A stretch of 64,000 nucleotides of DNA from positions 67,158,736 through 67,222,735 of the forward strand of contig NC_068989.1 in the NCBI RefSeq assembly GCF_001194135.2. Reading direction: 5' to 3'. Made by a program: the position numbers and the translations under genes. Under the pieces are notes generated by a model. It did not search any database and was not told the DNA's origin. It saw nothing but the letters and a program-made list of their open reading frames with translations. This document shows, piece by piece, positions 63,762 through 64,000 of this stretch (position 1 is the first letter of the stretch; the number at the start of each line of letters is the position of its first letter). This stretch comes from Octopus bimaculoides. Its lineage: Eukaryota.

Positions 63762-64000
63762 TCATCATCATCATCATCGTTTAATGTCCGCTTTCCATGC
63801 TAACATGGGTTGGACGATTTGACTGAGGACTGGTGAAACCGGATGGCAACACCGGGCTCCAATCTAATTTGGCAGAGTTTCTACAGTTGGATGCCCTTCC
63901 TAACGCCAACCACTCAGAGAGTGTAGTGGGTGCTTTTACGTGTCACCCGCACGAAAACGGCCACGCTCGAAATGGTGTCTTTTATGTGCCACCCGCACAA
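63762..64000 (-). mobile_element. Family C copy (young), running off the window end
   Basis: (CAT)n followed by the reverse complement of the family C tail. Confidence 0.85.

Noticed and set aside
1-64000. CRISPR arrays, rRNA/snRNA genes, prokaryote-like operons
   Set aside because: No repeat-spacer array or rRNA/snRNA-like sequence seen; the sequence is intron-containing eukaryotic DNA.

Overview
Eukaryotic, AT-rich, repeat-dense genomic scaffold with six N-gaps. The SINE families and microsatellite load look like an octopod cephalopod (recalled, not verified). There are two convergent protein-coding genes. (1) The last two coding exons of RIDA/UK114 lie on + (214-272, 4715-4768). (2) An annexin with ANXA7-like features lies on - in eight GT-AG exons (47799 down to 22865). 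These splice into one uninterrupted 945-nt frame (314 aa + stop) with all four annexin repeats; the start-codon exon(s) were not found. The rest is mobile DNA: R4/Dong-, HERO- and RTE-type LINE remnants, two related Gypsy LTR elements, Tc1 and maT-like transposon remnants, TA- and TTAA-flanked MITEs, and four abundant SINE/LINE-tail families. I found no convincing novel biological system. The most notable unexplained structures are a substitution-free 74-bp fold-back inside a direct-repeat-flanked insertion (14.1-14.5 kb), a 1.2-kb gag-only LTR element, a TTAA MITE whose 3' module is tandemly iterated at three loci, and the annexin's mixed intron pattern. Repeat boundaries are hand-read and approximate; exon boundaries were counted base by base.
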